Shown here: positions 8,965 to 18,300 of the stretch, piece by piece | Position numbering within the stretch: position 1 is the stretch's first letter | How the letters are laid out: every line of letters starts with the position of its first letter | The notes under the pieces: model-generated | What the model was told of the DNA's origin: nothing | Seen by the model: the letters and a program-made list of their open reading frames with translations, nothing else | The model's database searches: none | Translations under genes and position numbers: made by a program | Virus record (IMG/VR): IMGVR_UViG_3300020446_000004 | Span: 1 to 64,000 of that record | Length of the DNA stretch: 64,000 nucleotides | Source: a virus | Strand: one strand, 5' to 3'

Positions 8965-9588
8965 ATGGTTAATTTACGAGAGCATTTGACATTCGACCAG
9001 GCACAGATTGTTGTGGAGAATGCCAACGAAGGAAAAGACTTGTATATGAAAGGTATTTGTATACAAGGCGGAGTACGCAATGCTAATCAGCGTGTGTATC
9101 CTGTAAATGAAATTGGCAGGGCTGTCAAAACTCTCAATGATCAAATAACAGGAGGATATAGTGTTCTCGGAGAAGTTGATCATCCGGAAGGACTTAACAT
9201 AAACTTAGATCGTGTGAGTCATATGATTCAAGAAACTTGGATGGATGGCGCAAACGGTTATGGTAAATTAAAAATTCTACCAACACCAATGGGAAACCTA
9301 GTTCGCACTATGCTTGAAAGCGGTGTGAAACTAGGCGTCTCATCTAGGGGTAGCGGAAATGTATCAGAAGACGGTAACAATACTGTCTCTGACTTTGAAA
9401 TAATTACAGTGGACGTTGTTGCACAACCAAGTGCTCCAGGTGCGTACCCTACGCCAATTTACGAACACTTAATGAATGCCCGCGGAGGGTACAAGGCTTA
9501 CGAATTTGCACAGGCGACAAAAGAAGATCCTAAGGCTCAAAAATACTTAAAAGAATCTCTAATCAACTTGATTAGCAGACTCCAATAA
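8965..9588 (+). CDS. gp21: Prohead core protease (T4 gp21-like)
   Basis: NANQRVYP, LGEVDHP (His), GVSSRGSG (Ser), DVVAQPSAPGAY motifs. Confidence 0.95.
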   Translation: MVNLREHLTFDQAQIVVENANEGKDLYMKGICIQGGVRNANQRVYPVNEIGRAVKTLNDQITGGYSVLGEVDHPEGLNINLDRVSHMIQETWMDGANGYGKLKILPTPMGNLVRTMLESGVKLGVSSRGSGNVSEDGNNTVSDFEIITVDVVAQPSAPGAYPTPIYEHLMNARGGYKAYEFAQATKEDPKAQKYLKESLINLISRLQ

Positions 9589-9600
9589 AAGGAGAAAAAT

Positions 9601-10695
9601 ATGTTGGACGCACTTAAAACACTTTTTGAAAACGATGTAGTTTCAGAAGAAGTACGTGCCGAAATTGAAAACGCTTGGGAAGCAAAAATCAAGGAGAACA
9701 GACAGACTGTAACTGCTGAACTTCGTGAAGAGTTTGCTAAAAAGTATGAGCATGATAAATCAACTATGGTTGATGCAATTGATGCTATGCTTTCAGAGCG
9801 TTTAGAGTCAGAAATTACTGAGTTTGCGGAAGACCGTAAGCAACTAGCAGAAGCAAAAGCAAAATATGCAGTAGCACAGCGTGAAAATGCTGATCTAATG
9901 CAGAAATTTGTTATGCAAACGCTGAAAAAGGAAGTTTCTGAACTACATGAAGATCAAAAAGGCATGGCTGACAAGTTTACTATGCTTGAAAACTTCATTG
10001 TAGACGCACTTGCAAAAGAAATTGCAGAGTTCCACGAAGACAAAAAAGATTTAGCGGAAACTAAGGTAAAACTTATAAAAGAAGCTAAAAATAAATTTGC
10101 TGAAGTCAAAAAAGACTTCATAGCGAAAGGTGCAGCTAAGGTATCTTCAATTGTTGAAAATCAATTACAAAAAGAACTTTCAACATTGAAAGAAGATATT
10201 GGAGAAGCACGTAAAAACGACTTTGGTCGTAAGATGTTTGAAGCATTTGCCAGTGAGTATGCAACAAGTCATCTGAATGAAAAATCAGAGACTGCAAAAC
10301 TTATGAAAGTAGTGGCAACTAAAGACAAACAACTAGCAGACGCAAAGACATTTGCTGTGAAAGCAAAGAAACTTGCAGAAGCTAAAGACAACGAAGTCAA
10401 GCGTATGGCACAAATCGCTGAACGCAAAGAAAAAATTAATGATTTGTTAGGTCCTTTGAACAAGGATCAAAAAGAGATCATGACAGATTTACTGGAATCA
10501 GTTCAAACAAACAGGCTACAATCTGCGTTTGATAAGTACCTACCGGCAGTTATCGACGGTAAAACTCCAGCAAAGCAGAAGGCAGTTATTACAGAAGGCA
10601 CAGAAGTCACAGGCAATAGAGAAACAGAAACTAACGTTAGTTCAAAAGCAGACGATAATGTCGTTGACATTAGACGTTTAGCTGGTTTAAATTAA
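9601..10695 (+). CDS. gp22: Prohead scaffolding protein (T4 gp22-like)
   Basis: Coiled-coil, Glu/Lys-rich, located between gp21 and gp23; GRKMFEAFASE motif. Confidence 0.85.
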   Translation: MLDALKTLFENDVVSEEVRAEIENAWEAKIKENRQTVTAELREEFAKKYEHDKSTMVDAIDAMLSERLESEITEFAEDRKQLAEAKAKYAVAQRENADLMQKFVMQTLKKEVSELHEDQKGMADKFTMLENFIVDALAKEIAEFHEDKKDLAETKVKLIKEAKNKFAEVKKDFIAKGAAKVSSIVENQLQKELSTLKEDIGEARKNDFGRKMFEAFASEYATSHLNEKSETAKLMKVVATKDKQLADAKTFAVKAKKLAEAKDNEVKRMAQIAERKEKINDLLGPLNKDQKEIMTDLLESVQTNRLQSAFDKYLPAVIDGKTPAKQKAVITEGTEVTGNRETETNVSSKADDNVVDIRRLAGLN

Positions 10696-10705
10696 GGAGA
10701 AAACT

Positions 10706-11881
10706 ATGTCAGAACTATTAGAAAGTCGCTGGCAGGATACAAAAACAGCACTTCTTGAAGGCCTTAACGGCACAAAGAAAAGCGTGATGGCGGCTACACT
10801 TGAAAATACTCGCAAGTATTTGTCAGAAACTGCTACAGCTGGTGCTACATCTGCCGGTAACGTTGCAACTCTTAACAGAGTTATCCTACCCGTTATTAGA
10901 CGTGTAATGCCAACAGTCATTGCTAATGAGCTTGTTGGTGTTCAGCCTATGACAGGTCCAGTGGGTCAAATCCACACATTGAGAGTACGCTACTCTGATA
11001 CAGCAGGCTCAGGCGCAAGCGGAGCAGTAGCTGGTGAAGAAGCACTTTCACCATTCAAGATTGCTGAAGCATATTCAGGTGACGCATCAACTGCTAAAGG
11101 TGCTAATACAGCAGCTTTAGAAGGTTCAGCTGGAAACAGACTAAGCATTCAGATCTTAAAGCAAACAGTTGAAGCTAAATCAAGAAAGCTATCAGCTCGT
11201 TGGACTTTTGAATCTGCTCAAGATGCTCAGTCACAGCATGGTATTGATGTTGAAGCAGAAATTATGGCTGCTTTAGCACAAGAAATAACAGCTGAAATTG
11301 ATCAGGAAGTTATCGGTTCATTGAACACACTTGCTGGTACAGCAGTTGAAACATACGATCAAGCGGCAGTATCAGGTACAGCAACATTTGTTGGTGACGA
11401 GCATGCGGCACTTGCTGTTCAAATCAACAGAGCAGCTAACTTGATTGCACAGCGTACAAGAAGAGGCGCAGGTAACTGGGCAGTTGTAAGTCCATTTGCA
11501 CTTACAATTTTACAGTCTGCAACAACTTCTGCGTTTGCACGTACTACAGAAGGTTCATTTGAAGCACCAACTAACACAAAAATGGTTGGTACATTGAATA
11601 ACGCAATGAAAGTATATGTAAACACATACGCAGGTGATGATGCAAACGTACTTGTTGGTTACAAGGGATCAAGCGAATCAGACGCAGCAGCGTTCTATTG
11701 CCCATATATCCCACTAATGTCAAGCGGCGTTGTATTAGATCCAACATCATTCGAGCCAGTCGTGAGTTTCATGACTAGATACGGATATGTTGAGCTTTCA
11801 AATACAGCTTCTTCATTAGGTAACGCGGCTGATTATCTTGCAAACGTTGCTATAACAAACGGTAACGTAAGCTTCAGCTAA
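10706..11881 (+). CDS. gp23: Major capsid protein (T4 gp23-like)
   Basis: LVGVQPMTGPVGQI, VEAKSRKLSARWTFE.AQD, EITAEIDQE, FYCPYIPL, MTRYG motifs. Confidence 0.97.
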   Translation: MSELLESRWQDTKTALLEGLNGTKKSVMAATLENTRKYLSETATAGATSAGNVATLNRVILPVIRRVMPTVIANELVGVQPMTGPVGQIHTLRVRYSDTAGSGASGAVAGEEALSPFKIAEAYSGDASTAKGANTAALEGSAGNRLSIQILKQTVEAKSRKLSARWTFESAQDAQSQHGIDVEAEIMAALAQEITAEIDQEVIGSLNTLAGTAVETYDQAAVSGTATFVGDEHAALAVQINRAANLIAQRTRRGAGNWAVVSPFALTILQSATTSAFARTTEGSFEAPTNTKMVGTLNNAMKVYVNTYAGDDANVLVGYKGSSESDAAAFYCPYIPLMSSGVVLDPTSFEPVVSFMTRYGYVELSNTASSLGNAADYLANVAITNGNVSFS

Positions 11882-11900
11882 GTTTTACTTACAAAATATT

Positions 11901-11928
11901 AAATAGGCCCTACGGGGCCTATTTTTTT
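11901..11928 (+). terminator. Rho-independent terminator after the major capsid gene
   Basis: AAATAGGCCC-TACG-GGGCCTATTT followed by a T run. Confidence 0.9.
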
Positions 11929-11943
11929 GACTAAATATTTGTA

Positions 11944-11987
11944 CGTTCATCCTACGGGACGGAAGTAGCATTATGCGAAGGAACGCA
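11944..11987 (+). promoter_or_regulatory. Glutamine riboswitch class I (glnA RNA motif) candidate
   Basis: CGTTC-A-TCC(TACG)GGA-C-GGAAGTA-GCA(TTA)TGC-GAAG-GAACG-C reproduces the three-stem glnA architecture: P1 CGUU..AACG, E-loop GGAAGUA...GAAG. It lies upstream of an RBS and a short ORF. Confidence 0.8.
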
Positions 11988-12011
11988 CTCAACTGTAAAA
12001 AGGAGAGTGAT

Positions 12012-12164
12012 ATGAACTACAGAGACTTCGAACTTGCTCGCAAAAAAGAGCGTACTAGATTAAGTCATTTAGCAATAATACGCAAACTTATCAAAGAACG
12101 CCAATCTAGACCACGTTGCGAGAAGAATATCTTGAGTAATGATCCAAGATTGCAAAAAATATAA
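12012..12164 (+). CDS. 50-aa basic peptide downstream of the glutamine riboswitch
   Basis: AGGAGA RBS at 12001-12006 and ATG at 12012. The track start at 11973 lies inside the riboswitch. Sequence MNYRDFELARKKERTRLSHLAIIRKLIKERQSRPR... Confidence 0.65.
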   Translation: MNYRDFELARKKERTRLSHLAIIRKLIKERQSRPRCEKNILSNDPRLQKI

Positions 12165-12183
12165 CATTTTGGTAAAAAAAAGG

Positions 12184-12212
12184 TTGACATTAGTAATTTA
12201 ATTTGCTATAGT
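12184..12212 (+). promoter_or_regulatory. Sigma70-type (early) promoter
   Basis: TTGACA-17 nt-TATAGT with extended -10 TG. Confidence 0.8.
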
Positions 12213-12218
12213 GTATAC

Positions 12219-12474
12219 ATAAGCTAAAAACTTGTAGCTAGAGTTTTTATATAGTGCAAGGAAGAGGCGTTTACCAGAGCGTCGAACTTGGCAAGTTAGG
12301 GGTGGTACCCAGGCATGGTTGTAGAAATACGTTGTGTCACATCGCTCTCCCGAGCGGAACTTGGCTCCCTGGCTTTGAGAATGGTATCTCGGTCGAGGGG
12401 TTGGAGGTATAACCTAGTCCTCCCTATTTTGCTTATTCTATTTTAGGTATACAAGGCAACTTGTATACCTTTTT
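12219..12474 (+). ncRNA. Unknown structured ncRNA (about 250 nt) with its own promoter and terminator
   Basis: No ORF. GC-rich core 12256-12432 with many short helices (GGCGTT/AGCGTC, AACTT/AAGTT, GGGT/ACCC, GTA-GAAA-TAC, CGCTC/GAGCG, GAGA/TCTC, GGAGG/CCTCC), bounded by a consensus promoter and a terminator. Confidence 0.65.
12445..12474 (+). terminator. Rho-independent terminator
   Basis: AGGTATACAAG-GCAA-CTTGTATACCT-TTTT, a perfect 11-bp stem. Confidence 0.85.
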
Positions 12475-12483
12475 CCTTTTGTG

Positions 12484-12580
12484 ATAAATACATACGTCAG
12501 ATAGTGTGCCGCAAGGCGGACTTATGCTGTGACCCACAGCGTAGCCCATAGAACGGGCATCGGACTTCTATAAAGGAGAA
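12484..12580 (+). promoter_or_regulatory. Late promoter plus structured 5' leader (four-way junction candidate)
   Basis: ATAAATA, then GTCAGAT/ATCGGAC enclosing GCC-GCAA-GGC, TATGCTGTG/CACAGCGTA and GCCC/GGGC hairpins just before the AAGGAGA RBS. Confidence 0.5.
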
Positions 12581-12585
12581 AACAA

Positions 12586-13047
12586 ATGGGAAGACCACTT
12601 AATAAAAGATTATTCGGAGTTGCAGGTGTAGGTCCTACAGCGGCCGGTAACGAAATCAAAGTAAACTTTCATAACGGCTCAGGTGTTAAAGAAGGTTATA
12701 TCGTAAAACAGCTAGGATCAAAAAAATTCCGTTGTGAAGAAATTGAAACAGCTGGTACATTTGATTGTACACTAAAAACTGGGATACTGCCTGCAAACTT
12801 ATCAGCAGGTGAAATGGCAATTTCATTCAAAATGGATGACGGCGAAACTTACGGTGTAAGTAAAATTTCAGGACGTAAAGCAACATTAGCAAAACCAAGT
12901 AATACTGGCTCTAATGCATTTGACGGAAAGTCTGTTGCATGGAACTTTGCAACATCTACTTCAGATGGTGCCGCACAAGTTGAAGAAGCTGGTGACGATA
13001 ATACATTATCAGGTACTGACGATGATGATTTCACAGAAGACGCATAA
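12586..13047 (+). CDS. Hypothetical virion structural protein
   Basis: 153-aa ORF with strong RBS and late promoter; paralogous to the next ORF. Confidence 0.75.
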   Translation: MGRPLNKRLFGVAGVGPTAAGNEIKVNFHNGSGVKEGYIVKQLGSKKFRCEEIETAGTFDCTLKTGILPANLSAGEMAISFKMDDGETYGVSKISGRKATLAKPSNTGSNAFDGKSVAWNFATSTSDGAAQVEEAGDDNTLSGTDDDDFTEDA

Positions 13048-13057
13048 GGCATAATCT

Positions 13058-13426
13058 ATGAAACGGCCAATAAACGTCTTTTTTGATATACTATACAAAC
13101 TTAAGGATTTGATAGTGAATGTGAAAATAGGAGATGCTAATTTTTCGTTGTTAGGAAAAATTGTTTCGCAAATTTCACCAAACACTTTCAAAGTAAAAGA
13201 TGATATAGGCAATCAAGGCGTTTGTACTTTAGTCGAAAAAGAGGCTGAAGAATTAAACAACAATGAAATGAGTGTAAAGGGCTATGTAGACTATACAATG
13301 TCCTTTGCATTCATTGCAAGCATTGTTTACAACATAGTAGAAGATTTCAAAGGTATTACTTACAACTGGACAGTTGAACACGATTCAACATCTAGTGTAG
13401 TTTTACTAAAATATAAGGAAGCGTAA
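13058..13426 (+). CDS. Hypothetical protein, diverged paralog of 12586-13047
   Basis: MKRPIN vs MGRPLN; IVSQISPNTFKV vs IVKQLGSKKFRC; CTL...L...EMS vs CTL...L...EMA. Confidence 0.65.
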   Translation: MKRPINVFFDILYKLKDLIVNVKIGDANFSLLGKIVSQISPNTFKVKDDIGNQGVCTLVEKEAEELNNNEMSVKGYVDYTMSFAFIASIVYNIVEDFKGITYNWTVEHDSTSSVVLLKYKEA

Positions 13427-14478
13427 TGGCAAAGATAGTAAAAGTAACTGATGGAAATTATAAAGTTATTGTTAGTAATGGTGCAACTGGTACAATTACT
13501 CTAGATACTACAGCAGGCGCTTCAACTGTTCAAGGCACAACTGTTATAAACGGAAATTTAGAAGTAAAAGGTACAACTACAACTGTAGAATCAACTGTAA
13601 CTACAATAGCAGATAATATTATCACACTCAACGAAGGCGAAGCTGGTGCTGGTGTTTCTGCATCTGTAAATTATATTTCTGGTATTGAAGTTGATAGAGG
13701 AAGTTTTCCTGCGGCAAGACTTGTATTCAATGAGCAAACAGCATTTGAAACTGGTGGCTCATCAGGTACAGGCGCATGGAAGTTCCAAGATATAAATGGT
13801 GCAACACTTCCTATTACAACAAATAGTATTAACGCTGAAGGTACACTATATATTACAACTCCTACAAGTTATATAGACGTAGCTGGCACAGTAAATTATG
13901 AAAGAAATATTTTTAACTATGCATTTGATGCTGTGTTAAATGATTTTAAAATTACTGATCCAGGAGGAGGTCCTACTTTACAATCAGACGGACTTGTAAA
14001 TGCAAAAGCAGTAGTTGATTACGTAACATATAGCCAATCTAATCTTTTACAGCCTGGTATTGAAGATGGTGATACTAGTGTAAGAACAAAGGATTTTGAT
14101 ACTACAGGAGTTGAAAGCACAGTTGAAGTTGCAGTAGACGGAACAGTAATAGCAAACATTTATCAAAACAGATTAGAAGTTGCAGATATAAAAATACAAG
14201 ATAATGAAATTTCTACAAATATATCTAACCAAGATTTAAAATTATCAGCACCTGGTGTTGGCAGTGTGCTAGTCAAAGATAGTTTTGTTTTAGATGCTAC
14301 ACCATGGGACAATGATGCTGGATCCAATCCAAATTCTCCTGCAAGCGGTGTTAAATTTTATGCAAGAGATACGGCCAACACAGAAGGAAACACTGGACTA
14401 TTTTTTGTAAATAGTAATAGTGATAGAGATGAAATAATAAGTAAAAACAGAGCATTACTTTTTAGTATGCTTTTTTAA
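13426..14478 (+). CDS. Tail fibre / baseplate structural protein
   Basis: Beta-rich INGNLEVKGTTTTVES..IADNIITLN.GE...SGIEVDRG fibre motif; hydrophobic C-terminus. Confidence 0.7.
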   Translation: MAKIVKVTDGNYKVIVSNGATGTITLDTTAGASTVQGTTVINGNLEVKGTTTTVESTVTTIADNIITLNEGEAGAGVSASVNYISGIEVDRGSFPAARLVFNEQTAFETGGSSGTGAWKFQDINGATLPITTNSINAEGTLYITTPTSYIDVAGTVNYERNIFNYAFDAVLNDFKITDPGGGPTLQSDGLVNAKAVVDYVTYSQSNLLQPGIEDGDTSVRTKDFDTTGVESTVEVAVDGTVIANIYQNRLEVADIKIQDNEISTNISNQDLKLSAPGVGSVLVKDSFVLDATPWDNDAGSNPNSPASGVKFYARDTANTEGNTGLFFVNSNSDRDEIISKNRALLFSMLF

Positions 14479-14487
14479 GGAAGAGAT

Positions 14488-14832
14488 ATGGCTATAGCAA
14501 CATTAACATTAAGCACAGGTTCACAACAGGATATAATTACTGTACCATCAGGAAAAAGATATGCTATCACAAATATAATGGTATGTAATACATATGATCC
14601 AGGAGGATCTAGTCCAGAAGCAGAAACATCAAAATTTGATATGCATATTTTACCAAGTGGAGAAGCGTTATCTACTACATTGAATTGTGTAGTACGACAG
14701 TTAAGTTTACCTGCTGGTGAAACATTTACATTTGATTCTGAAAGGATTGTATTAGATGCAGGAGATAAATTATCATTTGTTGGTGATGTAAATGGAAATA
14801 TATGTGCAGTTGTAAGTTTCTTGGAAGTATAA
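14488..14832 (+). CDS. Small virion adaptor-like protein (family of 3 paralogs in the window)
   Basis: 114 aa; TVP...AIT.I.VCN ... LPAGET...E.IVL.AGD..S.LEV pattern shared with 23835 and 39527. Confidence 0.7.
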   Translation: MAIATLTLSTGSQQDIITVPSGKRYAITNIMVCNTYDPGGSSPEAETSKFDMHILPSGEALSTTLNCVVRQLSLPAGETFTFDSERIVLDAGDKLSFVGDVNGNICAVVSFLEV

Positions 14833-14833
14833 A

Positions 14834-15367
14834 ATGAGATTAATGAAAGCTCAAAATACTAACCTACGTAATATCTACGGTAATGGTATAAAGTACGATG
14901 TTAATGGTCAAATCATTATGGACAGCACTAACACAATGCTTGTACCTAAAGGCACAGAAGCTCAGCGTCCGACCAGTCCTGCTAATGGACATTTGAGATA
15001 CAACACTGACGATGATCAGTTTGAAGCATATCAAAATGGAGCCTGGAGAGAACTTAGGTTTAAAGAGCCTAATCAAGATCCTGGTATCACGCAACAAAAC
15101 CTAGGTAATGGAGATGCAACTGAAACAGTGTTTGGACCTTTAGTAAGTGGTGATGCAGATTATCCTGTACCTGCGGCCGCACAAAATGTTCTTGTGTTTG
15201 TTGAAAATGTTTTCCAAATATCAACAACAAACTATACATTAGAACAAAGTACAAGTGGAAATTTAACAGGACCCAATCAGCCTTATGCTGATGGATATTA
15301 CATAAAATTTACATCAGCACCTGATGTAGGTAAACCTGTAACCGTATTACATAACTTCGACAAATAA
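14834..15367 (+). CDS. Virion structural protein (fibre-type)
   Basis: VPKGTEAQRP..GHLRYNT..FEAY.NG.W fibre motif and a V.VENVFQ domain. Confidence 0.7.
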   Translation: MRLMKAQNTNLRNIYGNGIKYDVNGQIIMDSTNTMLVPKGTEAQRPTSPANGHLRYNTDDDQFEAYQNGAWRELRFKEPNQDPGITQQNLGNGDATETVFGPLVSGDADYPVPAAAQNVLVFVENVFQISTTNYTLEQSTSGNLTGPNQPYADGYYIKFTSAPDVGKPVTVLHNFDK

Positions 15368-15395
15368 CCAATAAATACTACTGCAAGGAGCAGTT

Positions 15396-18300
15396 ATGGC
15401 AGTAGGTAGAATATCCGGACCATTATTACAAAATAATCTAGAAAGAAACGGAATTGATCTGACGTTTGCAGATACAAATCCAAATTCTCCATTATTAAAA
15501 TTAGACGTAACAAATAATAAAGTTATGGTGGCCGGCACCACTTCAACAGCGGATCTTCATGTACACGGTACATTGAACGGAGTGATATTAGGCATAACAT
15601 CGTCGTTCGATACTGGAGATTTAGATTTTTCTGGAAATACTATAACAGCTCTAACAGGACCAATTAATTTAGATGCTCCTGAAGCTATTGTCTTAAGTGG
15701 ACTTGCTACAGATAACATACAAATTAATGATAACATTATTTCTTCTCCAAATTCAAATTCTAACATAGATTTATTACCAAATGGAACAGGTTCTGTAGAG
15801 ATTTTTAATGGTTTAGAAGTTTTTGGTAATTTACATTCCAATTCAAATATTACGGCTGACGGTAATATTACAATAGGTAATGACAACAACGATAATATCG
15901 TTCTTAACGCTGACATTGCAACTGATTTAATTCCAGATCAAAATAACACATTCAACATCGGAGCTGACGGTAAAAAATGGAATAATCTTGAGATAGAAAC
16001 TGTTGAAGCTGCAAATGTTTTTGCACAAGGTGTTACAGTTGGAACAACTAGTTTTCATATTCCCCAAGGCAATATTTTTTATGTTGCTAAAGGTGGAAAT
16101 GATAGTAATGTTGGCGACAATATGTATGGACCTTTGCTAACAGTAAAACAAGCGTTGGCAAGAGCAGATGCTAGTGTGCAAGGTCCTGTAACTATTTTTA
16201 TATATCCAGGAGAATACGAAGAAATTTTTCCTTTAGAAGTACCTACTAATGTAACTGTAGCAGGCTTAGATTTGCGAAACACAATAATAAAACCTACGTC
16301 AGCAACAAATACAAACAACTGTTTTTTAATGAATGGCGAAACAACAATTCAAAATTTGACTATAAAAGATTTTTATAGTCCAGGGCATGCATTTAGTTTT
16401 GCTAACAACACAACCGTAACAACAAGATCACCATATATAAAAAATGTTACAGTAATCACAAAAGGAAGTGTAACAAGTGTAAGTGACCCAAGGGGATTTG
16501 ATGCTGGAGATGCAGGTAAAGGAGCTTTAGTCGACGGAGCAAATGTTACAAGCACTAGTGAAGAAGCTAGTATGTTATTTCATAGTGTGACATTTATTAC
16601 CCCAGGTGTAGATGCATTAACTATGACAAATGGTGTAAGAGTTGAATGGTTAAACTCTTTTACATATTTTGCAAACAGGGGGTTGTATGCAACAAATGGA
16701 AGTACAGGACATCTTTCTTCTGATGGAAGCACAACTATATTTGGAGCAGAGCTACGGTCAATAGGGTCAGCAAATGTATATGGAAATTTTGGAGCAGTTG
16801 GTGACGGATCGGGCGTGTTATTTTATTTGATACAACACAATATGGCTTACATAGGAGTAGGAAAAAATGTAACAAATGATTCTAGCCTAGTTATACAAAG
16901 CCAAGAAATAAGCAAATCAAATAGTGCAAATATATATTACCAAACTGTTGATCATAGGGGAAATTATCGTGTAGGCGATCAATTTTTAGTGAATCAAGAC
17001 ACTGGCGAAACAACTATAGTTATAACAGAAGGTCAAGTTGATTCTCTCAATGGTTTGAATATCACTACAAATAATAGCACTACTATTATAAATGGACAAG
17101 AAATTGTTGTAGGACAATTACTTTTAAAAGAAAACACAATTAGCAGTTCAGCAGGTAGAATAGATTTAAACAGTGCATCAGGTCAAATTAACTTTTTAGA
17201 TAACACAAATGTTACTGGAAACGTTAGTATGACTGGCAATTTTACAATAGGTGGTAGTGCAATCGGATTTGGTAATCAACCAGGAGATACAATAAATTTT
17301 AACACACCTTTTAGCCAAAATTTATTACCTGATATAAGCGGTTTATATAACTTAGGAAGTATAACAAAAACTTGGAGCAAAGCATTTTTAAGCGAAATAC
17401 AAGCTGATGATATTAATATAAAAGATAATTATATTACTACTACAGAATCAAATAGTGATTTAGAATTACGTGCTAATGGTGCAGGTAGGATTCGTTTCGA
17501 CGGAAGTACATTAGACATTGATGATCAATTAGAGGTAACAGGTGTAACTAATTTTCAGAACAATGTTTCTGGTACAGGGACTTTGACACATGTAGGAAAT
17601 ACTTTACAAATAGGTGATAGGTCTACAACAGCTAGTGTTACGGCAACGCAAAATTTAAGATCAGGCGGTGATCTAGTTTTAGTTGGGAATGTGTTAGATC
17701 CTGGATTTTTTTATGACAAAACTTACACGTTAACAGCAAACGGTATAACTTACACATATGGACCTACTGGCGGTCCGGGAACACCTACAGATTCTTATGA
17801 AGGTAATCATTATTCAGGAATTGCCGCTTTGAATGTACCAGGACTTGTATACGGAGTAGCACCTCCGCAGCCAGGTGGTGGTCCTGTCCCTGTGCAAATT
17901 ATATATACTCCACAGGCACCAGGAGATCAATTAATATTAGCAAATACTAATGGTTGGGTACATGTGGGTTTAATGGCAGGAACTTATCCAGTCAATGCAG
18001 GAGGTAGTGCAGATTTCAAAGATATTCTTATAGATGAAAATTTTATAACTACCAAAGCTGGTAATCAAGACTTAGATTTAAGAGCTCATAATACTTCTAT
18101 TACAACAACATTAGGACCTTCATTTAGTGTAAATTCTCAAGAAGCAAACCCCAGGGGAATAACGTTTAATAATTTTGGTACTAAGATGTTTATTGTAGGT
18201 ACTTCAGGTGACGATGTAAATGAATACACTCTCTCAGTAGGATTTGATTTAACTTCTACAGTGACATTTATTGATAGTTTTTCTGTAACACAATGTCCTA

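Noticed and set aside
12256-12432. Possible tRNA, tmRNA or RNase P identity of the ncRNA
   Set aside because: No cloverleaf, TTCRA T-loop or CCA end, no tag reading frame and no RNase P GAGGAAAGUCC motif seen.
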